DNA of 64,000 nucleotides from Candidatus Nezhaarchaeales archaeon (GTDB lineage: Archaea; Thermoproteota; Methanomethylicia; Nezhaarchaeales; WYZ-LMO8): positions 160,001-224,000 of the forward strand of contig JAWAKK010000002.1 of the NCBI GenBank assembly GCA_038887515.1. The letters are read 5' to 3'. A program made the translations under genes and the position numbers. Below the pieces are notes generated by a model. It had not been told where the DNA came from. It saw nothing but the letters and a program-made list of their open reading frames with translations, and made no database searches. Shown here in pieces: positions 20,760 through 30,402 of this stretch. How positions within the stretch are numbered: position 1 is the first letter of the stretch; each line of letters starts with the position of its first letter.

Positions 20760-21725
20760 TCAAGACCTCCTTAATAACTTAAGCGCTTCTTTAGCTATAG
20801 CACTTGAAAGTGGTGGAGGAACCGCTTCCCCTATCACGTTATACTGCATGTCGAATCCTCCTTTAAACACGAAGTTGTCTGGGAAGCCCATCAGCCTCGC
20901 CTGCTCTCTTACTGTTAGAAGCCTGTTTTCGTAAGGATGTATGAACCTAGATCCCCCAAGGACTGTTGGCGCTAATTTAAATGGATGTAACCTCACCCAA
21001 TTAGGCAGAACCTTTCTTCCGGCGCCTTTATACAACACAAGCCCTTCGCCCCACTTCAATCTAGCTATCTTCTTAAGCTTCTTTAGAGGTAAAGGCTTTA
21101 TTACATGGTTGGGCACATCATTTACGTATTCAGGACTTGGAAGACCTGTTAAAGCTTCTTCTACAATTACGAGCTTCCGTATCGGTCTAGGCCTAAGTCT
21201 GTAATTTGATATGAAGACCCTCTTTCTATGCGATGGCGTTCCATAGTTCTCAGCATAAAGCACGTTAAAGTAAACTCTATCGTAACCTACAACTTTAAGC
21301 TCGTACTCTATCGCTTCTCTTAACGACCCTTCAAGTATTGAAGGGACGTTCTCAATTATGAAGAGTTTCGGCCTTAAATCGCCTATAATCCTTATGGCAT
21401 GAAGGAAGAGTCTTCCAACTTCGTCGCTATAAAGTCTATCGAACGCGTTGACTTCCCTTCGAGGATTAGCCCCGGTGAATGGCTCGCATGGGGGACTTGC
21501 TATTACAACGTCGACATCATCACCTATTATTTCCTTTATATCGATGGCGTGAAGATTCCTAACATCTTCGCACAGAACATCTACCTTAAGGTTTTCTCTG
21601 CACGTCTCTGATACCGTTCGATCCACGTCAACTCCCAGTAGAACCCTAAACCCCTCCATGACAAAGCCTAGCGAAAAACCACCTGCCCCACAGAATAGGT
21701 CTAAGACTTTATACGTGTTAATCAC
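20760..21725 (-). CDS. DNA (cytosine-5)-methyltransferase
   Basis: FCGAGG (motif I), SPPC (IV), ENV (VI), R.RVF (VIII), REQARLMGFP and GEAVPP (X). Confidence 0.93.
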   Translation of the reverse strand: MINTYKVLDLFCGAGGFSLGFVMEGFRVLLGVDVDRTVSETCRENLKVDVLCEDVRNLHAIDIKEIIGDDVDVVIASPPCEPFTGANPRREVNAFDRLYSDEVGRLFLHAIRIIGDLRPKLFIIENVPSILEGSLREAIEYELKVVGYDRVYFNVLYAENYGTPSHRKRVFISNYRLRPRPIRKLVIVEEALTGLPSPEYVNDVPNHVIKPLPLKKLKKIARLKWGEGLVLYKGAGRKVLPNWVRLHPFKLAPTVLGGSRFIHPYENRLLTVREQARLMGFPDNFVFKGGFDMQYNVIGEAVPPPLSSAIAKEALKLLRRS

Positions 21726-22122
21726 CTCCTACTAAGTCTTTAACATCAAAGCCCATTTTCCTCAACTCTTCAACAATGAACCTTCTATGGCAAAACTTTC
21801 TATCCCTCTCTAGGCACATCAAACACGTTATTTTATCACGTGCAATTATTGAAAGAACTTCCAACCCCCTTCTAAAGCTCTCTTTCTTCACATAGTTTTC
21901 ATAGCCTTTCTTTCTAAACCCTCCAAGCTCCTTCCCAAGCCATATGTAATCTACACCGCTTCTATTAAGCTCCCCCTCCAATTCATCAAAGCTAAAACCC
22001 TTAATCCTTGATCTAGGAAATGCTCTCACGTCGACAACTACTTGAACACCCTTAGCTTTCAGCAATTTTAGAAATTCATCAATACATTTAAAGGTTCCGT
22101 AACCGACATCGTATACAAACAG
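21718..22122 (-). CDS. DUF488 family protein (probable CTG start)
   Basis: DVRAFP, ELGG and CLE...CHR motifs; N-terminal FVYDVGYG lies upstream of the TTG-called ORF. Confidence 0.8.
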   Translation of the reverse strand: MFVYDVGYGTFKCIDEFLKLLKAKGVQVVVDVRAFPRSRIKGFSFDELEGELNRSGVDYIWLGKELGGFRKKGYENYVKKESFRRGLEVLSIIARDKITCLMCLERDRKFCHRRFIVEELRKMGFDVKDLVGGD

Positions 22123-22295
22123 GGCCTCTCTACCTCAAGACGGAATTACATAAGGAATACTATAAACCTAAGCTTCAGGCTATGACCTTTCTCTATTGTA
22201 GGTTAACGATGCAATAAACCGATCATAAGATGTCGAGTAGAGAAAGTAATAATAAAAGAAGTAGTAATGAGGTAACCACACTTAGATACCTTCAA

Positions 22296-22931
22296 CTACA
22301 AAGACATTAATGGGTGCTGTTGCGTTGTTGAAGGTGGCTGGGCACTATGTTTTCTAATACTATCTTCTAGGGCAACGTAGAGAAGCACCCAAGCTACAAA
22401 CCCTATTATTGGTACGAAGATCGCTATTATGAATAAGACTCCAGCTACTACGTAAAGGGTGCATTGCTCAACTTCACTAAGCCTAAAGCACACTATTATC
22501 ACACCAATATAGCCTAACAATAATAGTATGAGACCGGCAATTACTATCGGCAAGCCAACGAATAGTAAAACCAGCGGCGTTCCAACGATGAGCAATATCA
22601 ACCCCCATATATATCCTACCTTGATTAAAGTGGCTGTCGTTGAGTAGCGCGGGTCAATCGAAGCCAGCTTGGCGGTCCCCGGTATAAAATAAGCATATAG
22701 CCCTACGAGACCTATAATTGACCCAGCTATTACGAGTGCAATCATGGTAATCGCAAGCCCAAATGCCACTGCACTCCTCGCGACGATAGCAAACATTCCG
22801 AAAAGAATAGCCATCAGTCCTATACCCATTAGCAACCATCCAATCATAATGTAGAGGATGCCTTTCCTCATAGAACTATAGGTCTCTATAACTCCTCGGG
22901 GATAAGAAGTCGGCAAACTCGCTAGGCTCAT
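22296..22931 (-). CDS. DUF973-like membrane protein
   Basis: Multiple TM helices; Y.VAGVLFII pattern. Confidence 0.65.
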   Translation of the reverse strand: MSLASLPTSYPRGVIETYSSMRKGILYIMIGWLLMGIGLMAILFGMFAIVARSAVAFGLAITMIALVIAGSIIGLVGLYAYFIPGTAKLASIDPRYSTTATLIKVGYIWGLILLIVGTPLVLLFVGLPIVIAGLILLLLGYIGVIIVCFRLSEVEQCTLYVVAGVLFIIAIFVPIIGFVAWVLLYVALEDSIRKHSAQPPSTTQQHPLMSL

Positions 22932-23110
22932 TTTAACCAATCTATGATATTGCGAAGTAGACACTTAAACCTTTACTTTAAGTCAAGAGGAGTATCTATG
23001 CTAAGTTAGGTCGAGCATCTTTAATAGTTAAATTCTATGTTCCATCTATAAAACAACTTCATTTCAAAATCCATCCGTAGTAAAAGCGGTCAAGCAGACT
23101 ATATGAGTTA

Positions 23111-23198
23111 TGGCGCCGGGTGGGGGACTCGAACCCCCGCTCCCCGGAGGGGAACGGGCTTAGCAAGCCCGCGCCCTACCAATCTAGGCGAACCCGGC
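23111..23198 (-). tRNA. tRNA-Ser(GCT)
   Basis: GCCGGGT...CGGGC-TTGCTAA-GCCCG, long variable arm, TTCGAGT, G discriminator plus CCA; no intron. Confidence 0.95.
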
Positions 23199-23316
23199 CC
23201 CTCTTTAATAATTGATTAAAGAAGGGCGACACTTAAATAAAAGCTTAATTCAAGAAGAGCTTAAGCATGTTAGTCGACTCAACATTTTTATGGCCCTTCA
23301 AATGCTGATAATCTGA

Positions 23317-23389
23317 GCCCCGGTCGCCTAGCGGTTATGGCGGCGGCCTTGTAAGCCGCAGGTCGCGGGTTCGAATCCCGCCCGGGGCT
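23317..23389 (+). tRNA. tRNA-Thr(TGT)
   Basis: GCCCCGG...GCGGC-CTTGTAA-GCCGC...TTCGAAT...CCGGGGC-T; CCA not encoded; no intron. Confidence 0.95.
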
Positions 23390-23553
23390 TCAACCTCTTA
23401 ATTCTATGTTCTCTACATAGTCTCTTCAATTCATTATTCACGCCCGTACTCAATGTTATAGTTAATAGCCATGATGTTTTGCCATAGACCCTTAATAGCA
23501 TATCAAGCACTATCACGCGTTTAAGGGTCATTAATTATCGAGTAAAAATCTAG

Positions 23554-24726
23554 CTAATGATGCGAGTCCTGGGGGTCGAGTTGTCTATTTAATACAATCA
23601 ATATCAGGAGTGATAATGCCTGCGCTAGGGTTGCATAACCTATTGTTACGGGTAAGGATAATTGTAATAGGAGGGTTATTATAAAGCCCCCTATACCCCA
23701 TGATATTCCGTAGAGCATACCGAAGATACCGTAGGCTATTGCCAGCCTACCTCTATCAACTATATCGGCTATTGATGCTCTCATTATAGTCTCCGAGATG
23801 CCCATTGTGATTCCCCAGAGAACCGCCATTACATACGCTAATGCTGTAGACTTTGTAGCTAATAGTAACGTTACCATTAGTGTTGTTATCGGAGCTATAT
23901 AGAGGCTCCTGTACTTCACAACATCGTATAAGTAGCCTACCGGAAAAGCTATGAGAGCATCTACTCCCATTGCTATGGCGTACAACATCGCTATTTCAGC
24001 ATCTCCTATTATCCCCCAACATTTCAGGAAGTAGGACGCTATAGCCCAATGTACAAAACCTAGAGACTGCAGACTCATAGATAACGCGTATAGCCAGAAT
24101 CTCTTACCCAGGCCTTTAAACGAAAGTTTTTTCGGTGAAACTTCAACGCCCCTAATCTTCGGATAAAGAGACCACGCTGTTAATACAAACATCATAGCTA
24201 ACGTTCCTGGAATTAGAAGCACTAGAAATGCTTTGGAGTAATCGTAATGTACAAGCATGTATGCAAAGAAAAGTGGGCCTACTAAAGCACCAACTTGATC
24301 CATAACTTCGTGGAGACCAAACCCCTTCCCTCTACCAACCCCTTCCGTAACCTCGGCTAGAATCACGTCTCTCATAGGTGTCCTCAAGCCCTTTCCAACT
24401 CTTTCCAAGAGGTACAATAATGTCGCGATCTGCCAGGAACCTACGAAGGCAAGGAAAGGTAAAACCATGACGTTCATAGCGTAACCCAATGCCACAAAAC
24501 CCCAGAAAGCGGCCGAGGACCCTAAATAGGACGCTACTACACCGCTTACGAACCTAAGGACGTACCCTACAAATTCACCCACGCCAATAATTGATGAGGC
24601 AATAGGTGGAGCCTTCAAATTCTCTAAGTAAGCCCCACTAGCTGATCTAGCACCCTCATAAACCATATCAGCAGCTAAAGAAATAAGCCCGAGCAACACA
24701 AATACGATCAATATCTTTTTCTTCAT
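23554..24726 (-). CDS. MFS transporter
   Basis: About 12 TM segments; ERVGKGLRTPMRD and GKGFGLHEVMDQVGA. Confidence 0.9.
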   Translation of the reverse strand: MKKKILIVFVLLGLISLAADMVYEGARSASGAYLENLKAPPIASSIIGVGEFVGYVLRFVSGVVASYLGSSAAFWGFVALGYAMNVMVLPFLAFVGSWQIATLLYLLERVGKGLRTPMRDVILAEVTEGVGRGKGFGLHEVMDQVGALVGPLFFAYMLVHYDYSKAFLVLLIPGTLAMMFVLTAWSLYPKIRGVEVSPKKLSFKGLGKRFWLYALSMSLQSLGFVHWAIASYFLKCWGIIGDAEIAMLYAIAMGVDALIAFPVGYLYDVVKYRSLYIAPITTLMVTLLLATKSTALAYVMAVLWGITMGISETIMRASIADIVDRGRLAIAYGIFGMLYGISWGIGGFIITLLLQLSLPVTIGYATLAQALSLLILIVLNRQLDPQDSHH

Positions 24727-24816
24727 CTCTTAACGCCACTACATCAAAAAGGATAGGTATTAATAATCACTTAAGAATGTTATCTTAAACGATACGTAAG
24801 CTCGAAGGCATTTAAA

Positions 24817-25364
24817 ATGAATAGGTACAACGATTTAACAAGTGAAGAAGTTGCTAAGAGGTTCGAAATTTACGGTCTAAATAAGGTCCCCGAAAAGAAA
24901 TAGAGCGTCGCAACATCTTCCTTCAAAGAGCTTACAGGGTTAACGTCGCATACCACGAAGTAACTGCTGCAACATCCTCTATTTTAGGGAAATATGTAGA
25001 CCTTGCAGTAATGATTTCATTACTCCTTGTAAATGCAATTATCGATGTTGTCCACGGATACCGGGCCGGTAAGGTCATTGAAGTACTTAAATCAAAGTTA
25101 AGAGTAACCGTAAAGGTTCTCAGGGACGATAAGTAGACCGATATTTCAGCTGAGCAAGTCGCGTTATTAGCTATAACTTTTGATCGCATGATTGCAACGA
25201 TACTAGTACTAGAAGGCATAATGATACCTCCATTGCCCCCACACGCTGTAGCGTTGGTTTTTCTCTACATCGTTACGGTAACATTACTGGTCACCGATAT
25301 TGCTAAAATCGCAGTATGCAAGTTGTTTGACCTCATATATGCTCTTCTTAACTACGTTGCTTAA
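24817..25364 (+). pseudogene. Degraded P-type (PMA1-like H+) ATPase
   Basis: LTSEEVAKRFEIYGLNKVPEKK* then, after a frameshift, LLLVNAII...RAGKVIEVLKSKL...VLRDDK*, joined directly to a C-terminal TM-like segment; no DKTGT domain. Confidence 0.8.
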
Positions 25365-25498
25365 ATATTAAGCTACTGTAAATAGTGCTTCAATTCATAG
25401 GTACATTATTGATAAGGTATAACCTTAGAAGAACTTTTTTATGCTTCCCACAGACTGCCAAAACTTTTTCTAAACCTCGTTTATAACTTCTAGAAACA

Positions 25499-26926
25499 TT
25501 AATTTCGCATAAAGCGAGGTCTAACGATTTTCTCTTTGAGTCTCCACGGTATCGTACAATCAAGGATCATCTTCACATCCCGAACGTGTTCAGCTAGCCC
25601 TTGCCACGACTTAGTTCGATCTATTACTATGAGGCCATCTTTTGGATTAAACCTTGTTGTAAACGCCCACCACAACTCCATAGGATCAAATATGTCTACA
25701 TCGTCGTCTACAACGATTACACATCTTGCTTCAAGCCTTGTTGCTAGAGCTGTTAAGGCAAGGTTTCTTACCTCTACGTCATCTTTAATGTCATTTTTAC
25801 TTACTTGAAGTACGCACAACAATTTTCCTGCACCGGCTGGCGACAAATACACGTTCTTTAAAAGATCCTTAAAGCCAGCCCTTTGGGCAGCGAATAATAT
25901 CTCCGCTTCGCCTGCAACGCCCACTATCACGTTGTGCTCCTCTCCAGGTGGAATGATGGCTTGATATATTGGCTTCCTCCTATAAGTTACCGCTTTCACC
26001 TTCATTACGCTGGCTATGGCTGCAGCTCCCATGTATCCAGCCATTTCGGGCATTGACCATCCCTTCTTGGTTAACACATCTTCCATAACTGTTATGTTCG
26101 GTTGAATTTCGCCCTCAATAACTATCTCAGCGTTAGCTAAAGCCTCGCAGTCAACAGTCTTGCACGATACGACCTCGATGGGAGATCCCTTCAATGCCCC
26201 TGCTACTGCAAGCTCGTCGAGGTTCGTTGCGGTTGGAGAGGAGAGTCCAGCGGCTAGCGCAATAAAGGGGTCTACGCCTATGTTTACTGAGACTTGAAGA
26301 GGTTTACCCTTTGCCTCGGCTTTTAATAAGGCCTCTTTTATGTGTCTTCGATTGCTTAATAGTATAGTTAACGTGTCCGGGCCTATCACTATCATTCTAT
26401 GAAAAGTCACGTCTCCCAGTCCGGTATCGGGATCTATGGCCCTAACAAGCCCTGCAGTGATGCTTGGGCCAGCGCTATCGTATGATAGTAGAGGTATTGG
26501 TAGCAATTCCAATAGGTTAACGTCCTTATCCACTACGACTTCTTGGCAAGGAGCATCGTTAACATGCTTTGGCGGGAGGGGTTTACGCATTGCTTCAAGC
26601 AGTTTTAAAGGTAAATTCTTCTTATCTACATCGAGGTAGTAGGCAGCTCTTTCCCGACTGCCCAAAATGCCAACCACAACAGGTATTTCGTATTGGACTT
26701 TCCTAGAACCTATACATCGAAAAACGTTCTCGAAAAATACTATAGGACCTATCTTGGTGGGTGGCGGAGAAGGAGTTCCACCCGCATACTTGAGATATTC
26801 CCCAGCAAGTTCGAGCTCAACATTAATTGGCCTCTTTATCCTAATGAGGTCACCCATTTCTTCAACTAGAGAAATAGCATCCCTCAAGTCGTTTATTTTC
26901 TTGCTACTCATAACCTTTTTAGTCAA
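25499..26926 (-). CDS. UbiD family (prFMN-dependent) decarboxylase
   Basis: AEIVIEG, PEMAGY and VVDDDVDIFD. Confidence 0.9.
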   Translation of the reverse strand: MTKKVMSSKKINDLRDAISLVEEMGDLIRIKRPINVELELAGEYLKYAGGTPSPPPTKIGPIVFFENVFRCIGSRKVQYEIPVVVGILGSRERAAYYLDVDKKNLPLKLLEAMRKPLPPKHVNDAPCQEVVVDKDVNLLELLPIPLLSYDSAGPSITAGLVRAIDPDTGLGDVTFHRMIVIGPDTLTILLSNRRHIKEALLKAEAKGKPLQVSVNIGVDPFIALAAGLSSPTATNLDELAVAGALKGSPIEVVSCKTVDCEALANAEIVIEGEIQPNITVMEDVLTKKGWSMPEMAGYMGAAAIASVMKVKAVTYRRKPIYQAIIPPGEEHNVIVGVAGEAEILFAAQRAGFKDLLKNVYLSPAGAGKLLCVLQVSKNDIKDDVEVRNLALTALATRLEARCVIVVDDDVDIFDPMELWWAFTTRFNPKDGLIVIDRTKSWQGLAEHVRDVKMILDCTIPWRLKEKIVRPRFMRN

Positions 26927-27095
26927 TATACTTCAATCCTCCACCAAGTCCTTCATATTATAGTCACCTTTAAAATATTTTGGAGCACTGAAGTTTAGGT
27001 TTCAATAAAACAGGTCTCCCTACAATACTTTATGTCGAGGAGCGTAAAATGCCTCGCTTGCCTAAATAGCCTCTAAGGGTCTTGGAACCAAAACG

Positions 27096-27611
27096 TTACT
27101 GGCGTTTAGACAACGTATCTCTGATGGTTTCAAGTATTTTCTTATGCCTTTCTTCATCTTCAACGATCCAGTTGAGTACGGCCTTAAAGTCATCGAGATG
27201 AACTCCTTCCTCGAAACTAATAAATTCAATCAGCTTAACGTGTAAAACCGTAAGGTATTCCTCGGCAGCGAAACCCTCAATTGCGTACAACGCGTCTATG
27301 ATGGAGTTAAGGTCAGCTAGGCCAATCTTCCGATGTTCAAGGATCCTTTCAGCATCCTTGACGGCAGCTAGCCACGAGTTACCCCAAGCTTCTACACAAT
27401 CTTCGGAGCTAGCATCAACCTCTCGAAAGAGAGCTTCGGCCATCGACTTAAAGCAACTCGCATGCTTAAATGAGTCGTACGCAATAAATTCTAGAAGACC
27501 CCTTATGATTTTATCGTTGGTAAGCTTGGCTACATGTTCATATACCTTCGCGACCTTTTCCTCGAGCAGGCCTGAACACAAGAAGAGTTTTCCTAAGTTT
27601 ATCTTAGTCAA
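27096..27611 (-). CDS. Ferritin-like/rubrerythrin-type diiron protein
   Basis: Paired E...DSFKH and E...DEERH motifs. Confidence 0.75.
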   Translation of the reverse strand: MTKINLGKLFLCSGLLEEKVAKVYEHVAKLTNDKIIRGLLEFIAYDSFKHASCFKSMAEALFREVDASSEDCVEAWGNSWLAAVKDAERILEHRKIGLADLNSIIDALYAIEGFAAEEYLTVLHVKLIEFISFEEGVHLDDFKAVLNWIVEDEERHKKILETIRDTLSKRQ

Positions 27612-27713
27612 GGATCTTCGAGAAGAAGTTGGAACATCTTAATTTATAAATTTAACTTCTAACTTTCTCTCTGTACCAACAAGACCCCTAAAGGAAAGGC
27701 TGTAAGGGTACAC

Positions 27714-27789
27714 TGGTGGGGCCGCCAGGATTTGAACCTGGGTCACGAGGGCCCAAGCCTCGCAGTCTACCAGGCTAGCCTACGGCCCC
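27714..27789 (-). tRNA. tRNA-Pro(TGG)
   Basis: GGGGCCG...CGAGG-CTTGGGC-CCTCG...TTCAAAT...CGGCCCC-A-CCA; no intron. Confidence 0.93.
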
Positions 27790-27817
27790 TTTTACTTGAC
27801 GGAAGGGGAGGGCTAAT

Positions 27818-28588
27818 TTAAGGCTTATCTCTCATAAACGACGTTATCTTCATCTGTTCCTTACTGCCTTTGTCTACATCTTTAACTTTGCACAACTTAA
27901 TCGTCGTAAGCTTCCTAGTTGCTGGAAACGATACATTATATACTTGCGTACCATCAATAGTTACCGCGTGAACCTTACTATTATGTGCATGTCCGTGGAC
28001 AACGATGTGAGGGCCACGCCTCCTTATGACGGTTTCAAATCTGCTAGATCCTAGTTCGGGCCAAGCCCAACGGGGCTCTCCGATAAGGGTTCTAAACGTC
28101 GTAGAGTAGTGAGATAGCAAGACTACGAAGTCCCACCCTTTAAGGGTTGCAGAAGCCAACATCTCATCGATCTTCTTCAATCTCTCTTCGTAAATTTGAT
28201 TTATGTTAACTATGTTCTTTCTTTGCCATGCCGTCGGCCTATCTAAACAGCCTTTAGTTCCGATAATGTTGATGCCGACATCGTTGATATCGATGCTTGC
28301 TTCGGAATCGTTAAGCCACGTGACTTCATTATAGCTCTCCATTATATTAACGATTTTATCTTCGTACTCTTCGTTACCGAAGCACGCTACTATTTTGCAT
28401 TCTCCGTACCTGCTTTTAATAGCACTTAAGACGTTCTCGTACTCTTTTACTTGACCTTTATATATCATATCTCCGGCTAGAAGCATTAAACCTACATCGG
28501 GACTGTTCTTTAACGCCCTCTTAAAGTCTTCGAGATACTTAGGTGAATGAACGTCGGATACGGCTCCAATCATTAGCTCGAGGGTCAA
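27818..28588 (-). CDS. Calcineurin-like metallophosphoesterase
   Basis: SDVH, AGD, GNEE, SH and HGHAH motifs; start set at TTG 28588 after AAGGTG. Confidence 0.88.
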   Translation of the reverse strand: MTLELMIGAVSDVHSPKYLEDFKRALKNSPDVGLMLLAGDMIYKGQVKEYENVLSAIKSRYGECKIVACFGNEEYEDKIVNIMESYNEVTWLNDSEASIDINDVGINIIGTKGCLDRPTAWQRKNIVNINQIYEERLKKIDEMLASATLKGWDFVVLLSHYSTTFRTLIGEPRWAWPELGSSRFETVIRRRGPHIVVHGHAHNSKVHAVTIDGTQVYNVSFPATRKLTTIKLCKVKDVDKGSKEQMKITSFMRDKP

Positions 28589-28706
28589 GTTAGACACCTT
28601 TATTTTGTCCATACGTGATGTTTTTAACGAAGTATATAGCTCAACATAGCCCTCTAAGTTTAAGAAAGCAAAAACCCTAATATAGATCTCTGGCTGTCTA
28701 CTCTTT

Positions 28707-28770
28707 GGCGGATGAAGAAATGACGGTCTTAGAGCTGGGCGCAATGATGGCTGATGGGCGGACTGACGCC
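28707..28770 (+). ncRNA. Candidate C/D box guide sRNA
   Basis: Terminal stem GGCG/CGCC; C-like box ATGAAGA, D'-like TAGA, C'-like ATGATGG, D box CTGA; two guides of about 11-12 nt; intergenic with an upstream A-rich/TATA-like element. Confidence 0.7.
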
Positions 28771-28822
28771 TTAAAATCGTTAGACTTAAACCTTAGCTTT
28801 ACATCAATACGATTTACTTGTT

Positions 28823-30400
28823 TTATGGCCACTCCAACGTCTTAACAACTCTATAAGGCCCATACTTTTCGTATAGGTCTTTTACTTTGTTGGGCCAATC
28901 GTCACAATTAAAGCCGTAATGAGCTAAGAAAGCGGTAGCCCATCTCGTAAGTCCATGACCAACACAGCCGGTCCATATTTCCCTATTTTTAACTTCTTTT
29001 ATCTTAAAGGCCGTTACGTAATGCGTGTAGTGCACGCTAGCAGCGGTTATTTCTAGCCATTCTGCTTCGTCCCTACTTCCCCTATAGGGCAGGTAGCACT
29101 CTACGTCTAAGGTCGGTATCTTCTCCCTTGAAGATATGTCTATCTTCCTCTTGCTGGCTTCTTCGCTTGAAAGGTAGAAGGGGGCTCCAACAACTACCCT
29201 CCACTCAAGATCCAAAACCTTATCAACCAGTTCTATAGTCCTTGAGACGACCCTCTCTCTTATATCAACCACATCCTTTGGAGAGCCTAAATATACCATC
29301 TCCATACGCCAAAACTCGTTTGTCCTAGCCAGGCCTTCGACGCCGCCAGCCTCGTTTCTCCAAGTCCATCCGCCCATGCATTCGTAAACCTTTATCGGCA
29401 AATCTTCAAGCCTTACGGTCTCTTCGCTGAAGAACTGATAGAAAGGTGGGCACTGTACAGCATCGAGGACGTACTCCGGCTCGCCCAGTATCTCCTTTAG
29501 CAGGTCTTTGCGTAATACTCGCTTAAGTGCGTATTCCCTCTTATATTCTTCAAACGCTGAAGGCTCTCTAGGGGGTACGCACACGTAGAACATGCCTTCT
29601 GGTAGGTGTTCTACGTAACTTGATAGCTTGGCTAGGACGTTCATTGGTATGAGCCTTGGAAACATCCACTCTTCAAACCCTAGGGGCCTACAGACATGTT
29701 CTATTATCAGGTCACGTAAGGCCTTTAGTAGGCCGACCATTGGGGCTGTGAAAATCCACTGACCCTTTGCTGGGAACTTCTTGATCCATCCGAGCTTCTC
29801 GGCTTCATTAGCAATTTCAAACTTAACTTTTGCGTCTTTTGGTTTCGAATGTTCCAGGACGTATCCGAAGGGAACTAACTTAGCTTCCTCCTTAACGCCT
29901 TCAATTCCTCCCTCTAGAATCTTCTTTACAAGCCTATCAACAAGTCTCGCTTCAAGGTCCTCCTCCTTCAACTCCATAAGCTTGACTACCAGCTTTCCAT
30001 CGACCTGTTCGACGACACCCATATCACCTACAAGCCTCTTAACGTCTTGGATATTGCCCTTGAAATCAAGCACTTCGATTTCATAAGTTAACACGCCAAG
30101 TCCTCTTATCCCAACCCTAAACTCTCTCCCCAGCGTTAAGCTCAAGCTATTCTTTAACCTAAATAGAGCATCGTGGGCTCGGACGTGTCTACCAGACTTT
30201 ATCTCCAAGTATAGCTTTTCATTATCAATAGACCAGCTAACAATTTGCGCAGCTTCTCCCTCTTTCCCTTTGGGAACCCCCTTTATTAGCAGCTTCTTGT
30301 TGGCTTCAGATATTAGCTCGGATAGCCTCTTAATAGCCTCAGCGTCAAGGGGCTTACTTAGAACCACGTAACCTTTTAAGTGGAACTTCATATTCTCCAC
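28823..30400 (-). CDS. serS: Seryl-tRNA synthetase, methanogen-type (type 2)
   Basis: N-terminal SGRHVRAHDALFR domain; AVQCPPFY, WTWRNEAGG, EFWRME and TGCVGHG. Confidence 0.9.
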   Translation of the reverse strand: MENMKFHLKGYVVLSKPLDAEAIKRLSELISEANKKLLIKGVPKGKEGEAAQIVSWSIDNEKLYLEIKSGRHVRAHDALFRLKNSLSLTLGREFRVGIRGLGVLTYEIEVLDFKGNIQDVKRLVGDMGVVEQVDGKLVVKLMELKEEDLEARLVDRLVKKILEGGIEGVKEEAKLVPFGYVLEHSKPKDAKVKFEIANEAEKLGWIKKFPAKGQWIFTAPMVGLLKALRDLIIEHVCRPLGFEEWMFPRLIPMNVLAKLSSYVEHLPEGMFYVCVPPREPSAFEEYKREYALKRVLRKDLLKEILGEPEYVLDAVQCPPFYQFFSEETVRLEDLPIKVYECMGGWTWRNEAGGVEGLARTNEFWRMEMVYLGSPKDVVDIRERVVSRTIELVDKVLDLEWRVVVGAPFYLSSEEASKRKIDISSREKIPTLDVECYLPYRGSRDEAEWLEITAASVHYTHYVTAFKIKEVKNREIWTGCVGHGLTRWATAFLAHYGFNCDDWPNKVKDLYEKYGPYRVVKTLEWP

Positions 30401-30402
30401 CC

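Noticed and set aside
28589-28744. N-terminal extension of the metallophosphoesterase ORF
   Set aside because: It overlaps promoter-like sequence and the antisense C/D sRNA candidate; the family domain begins near 28573
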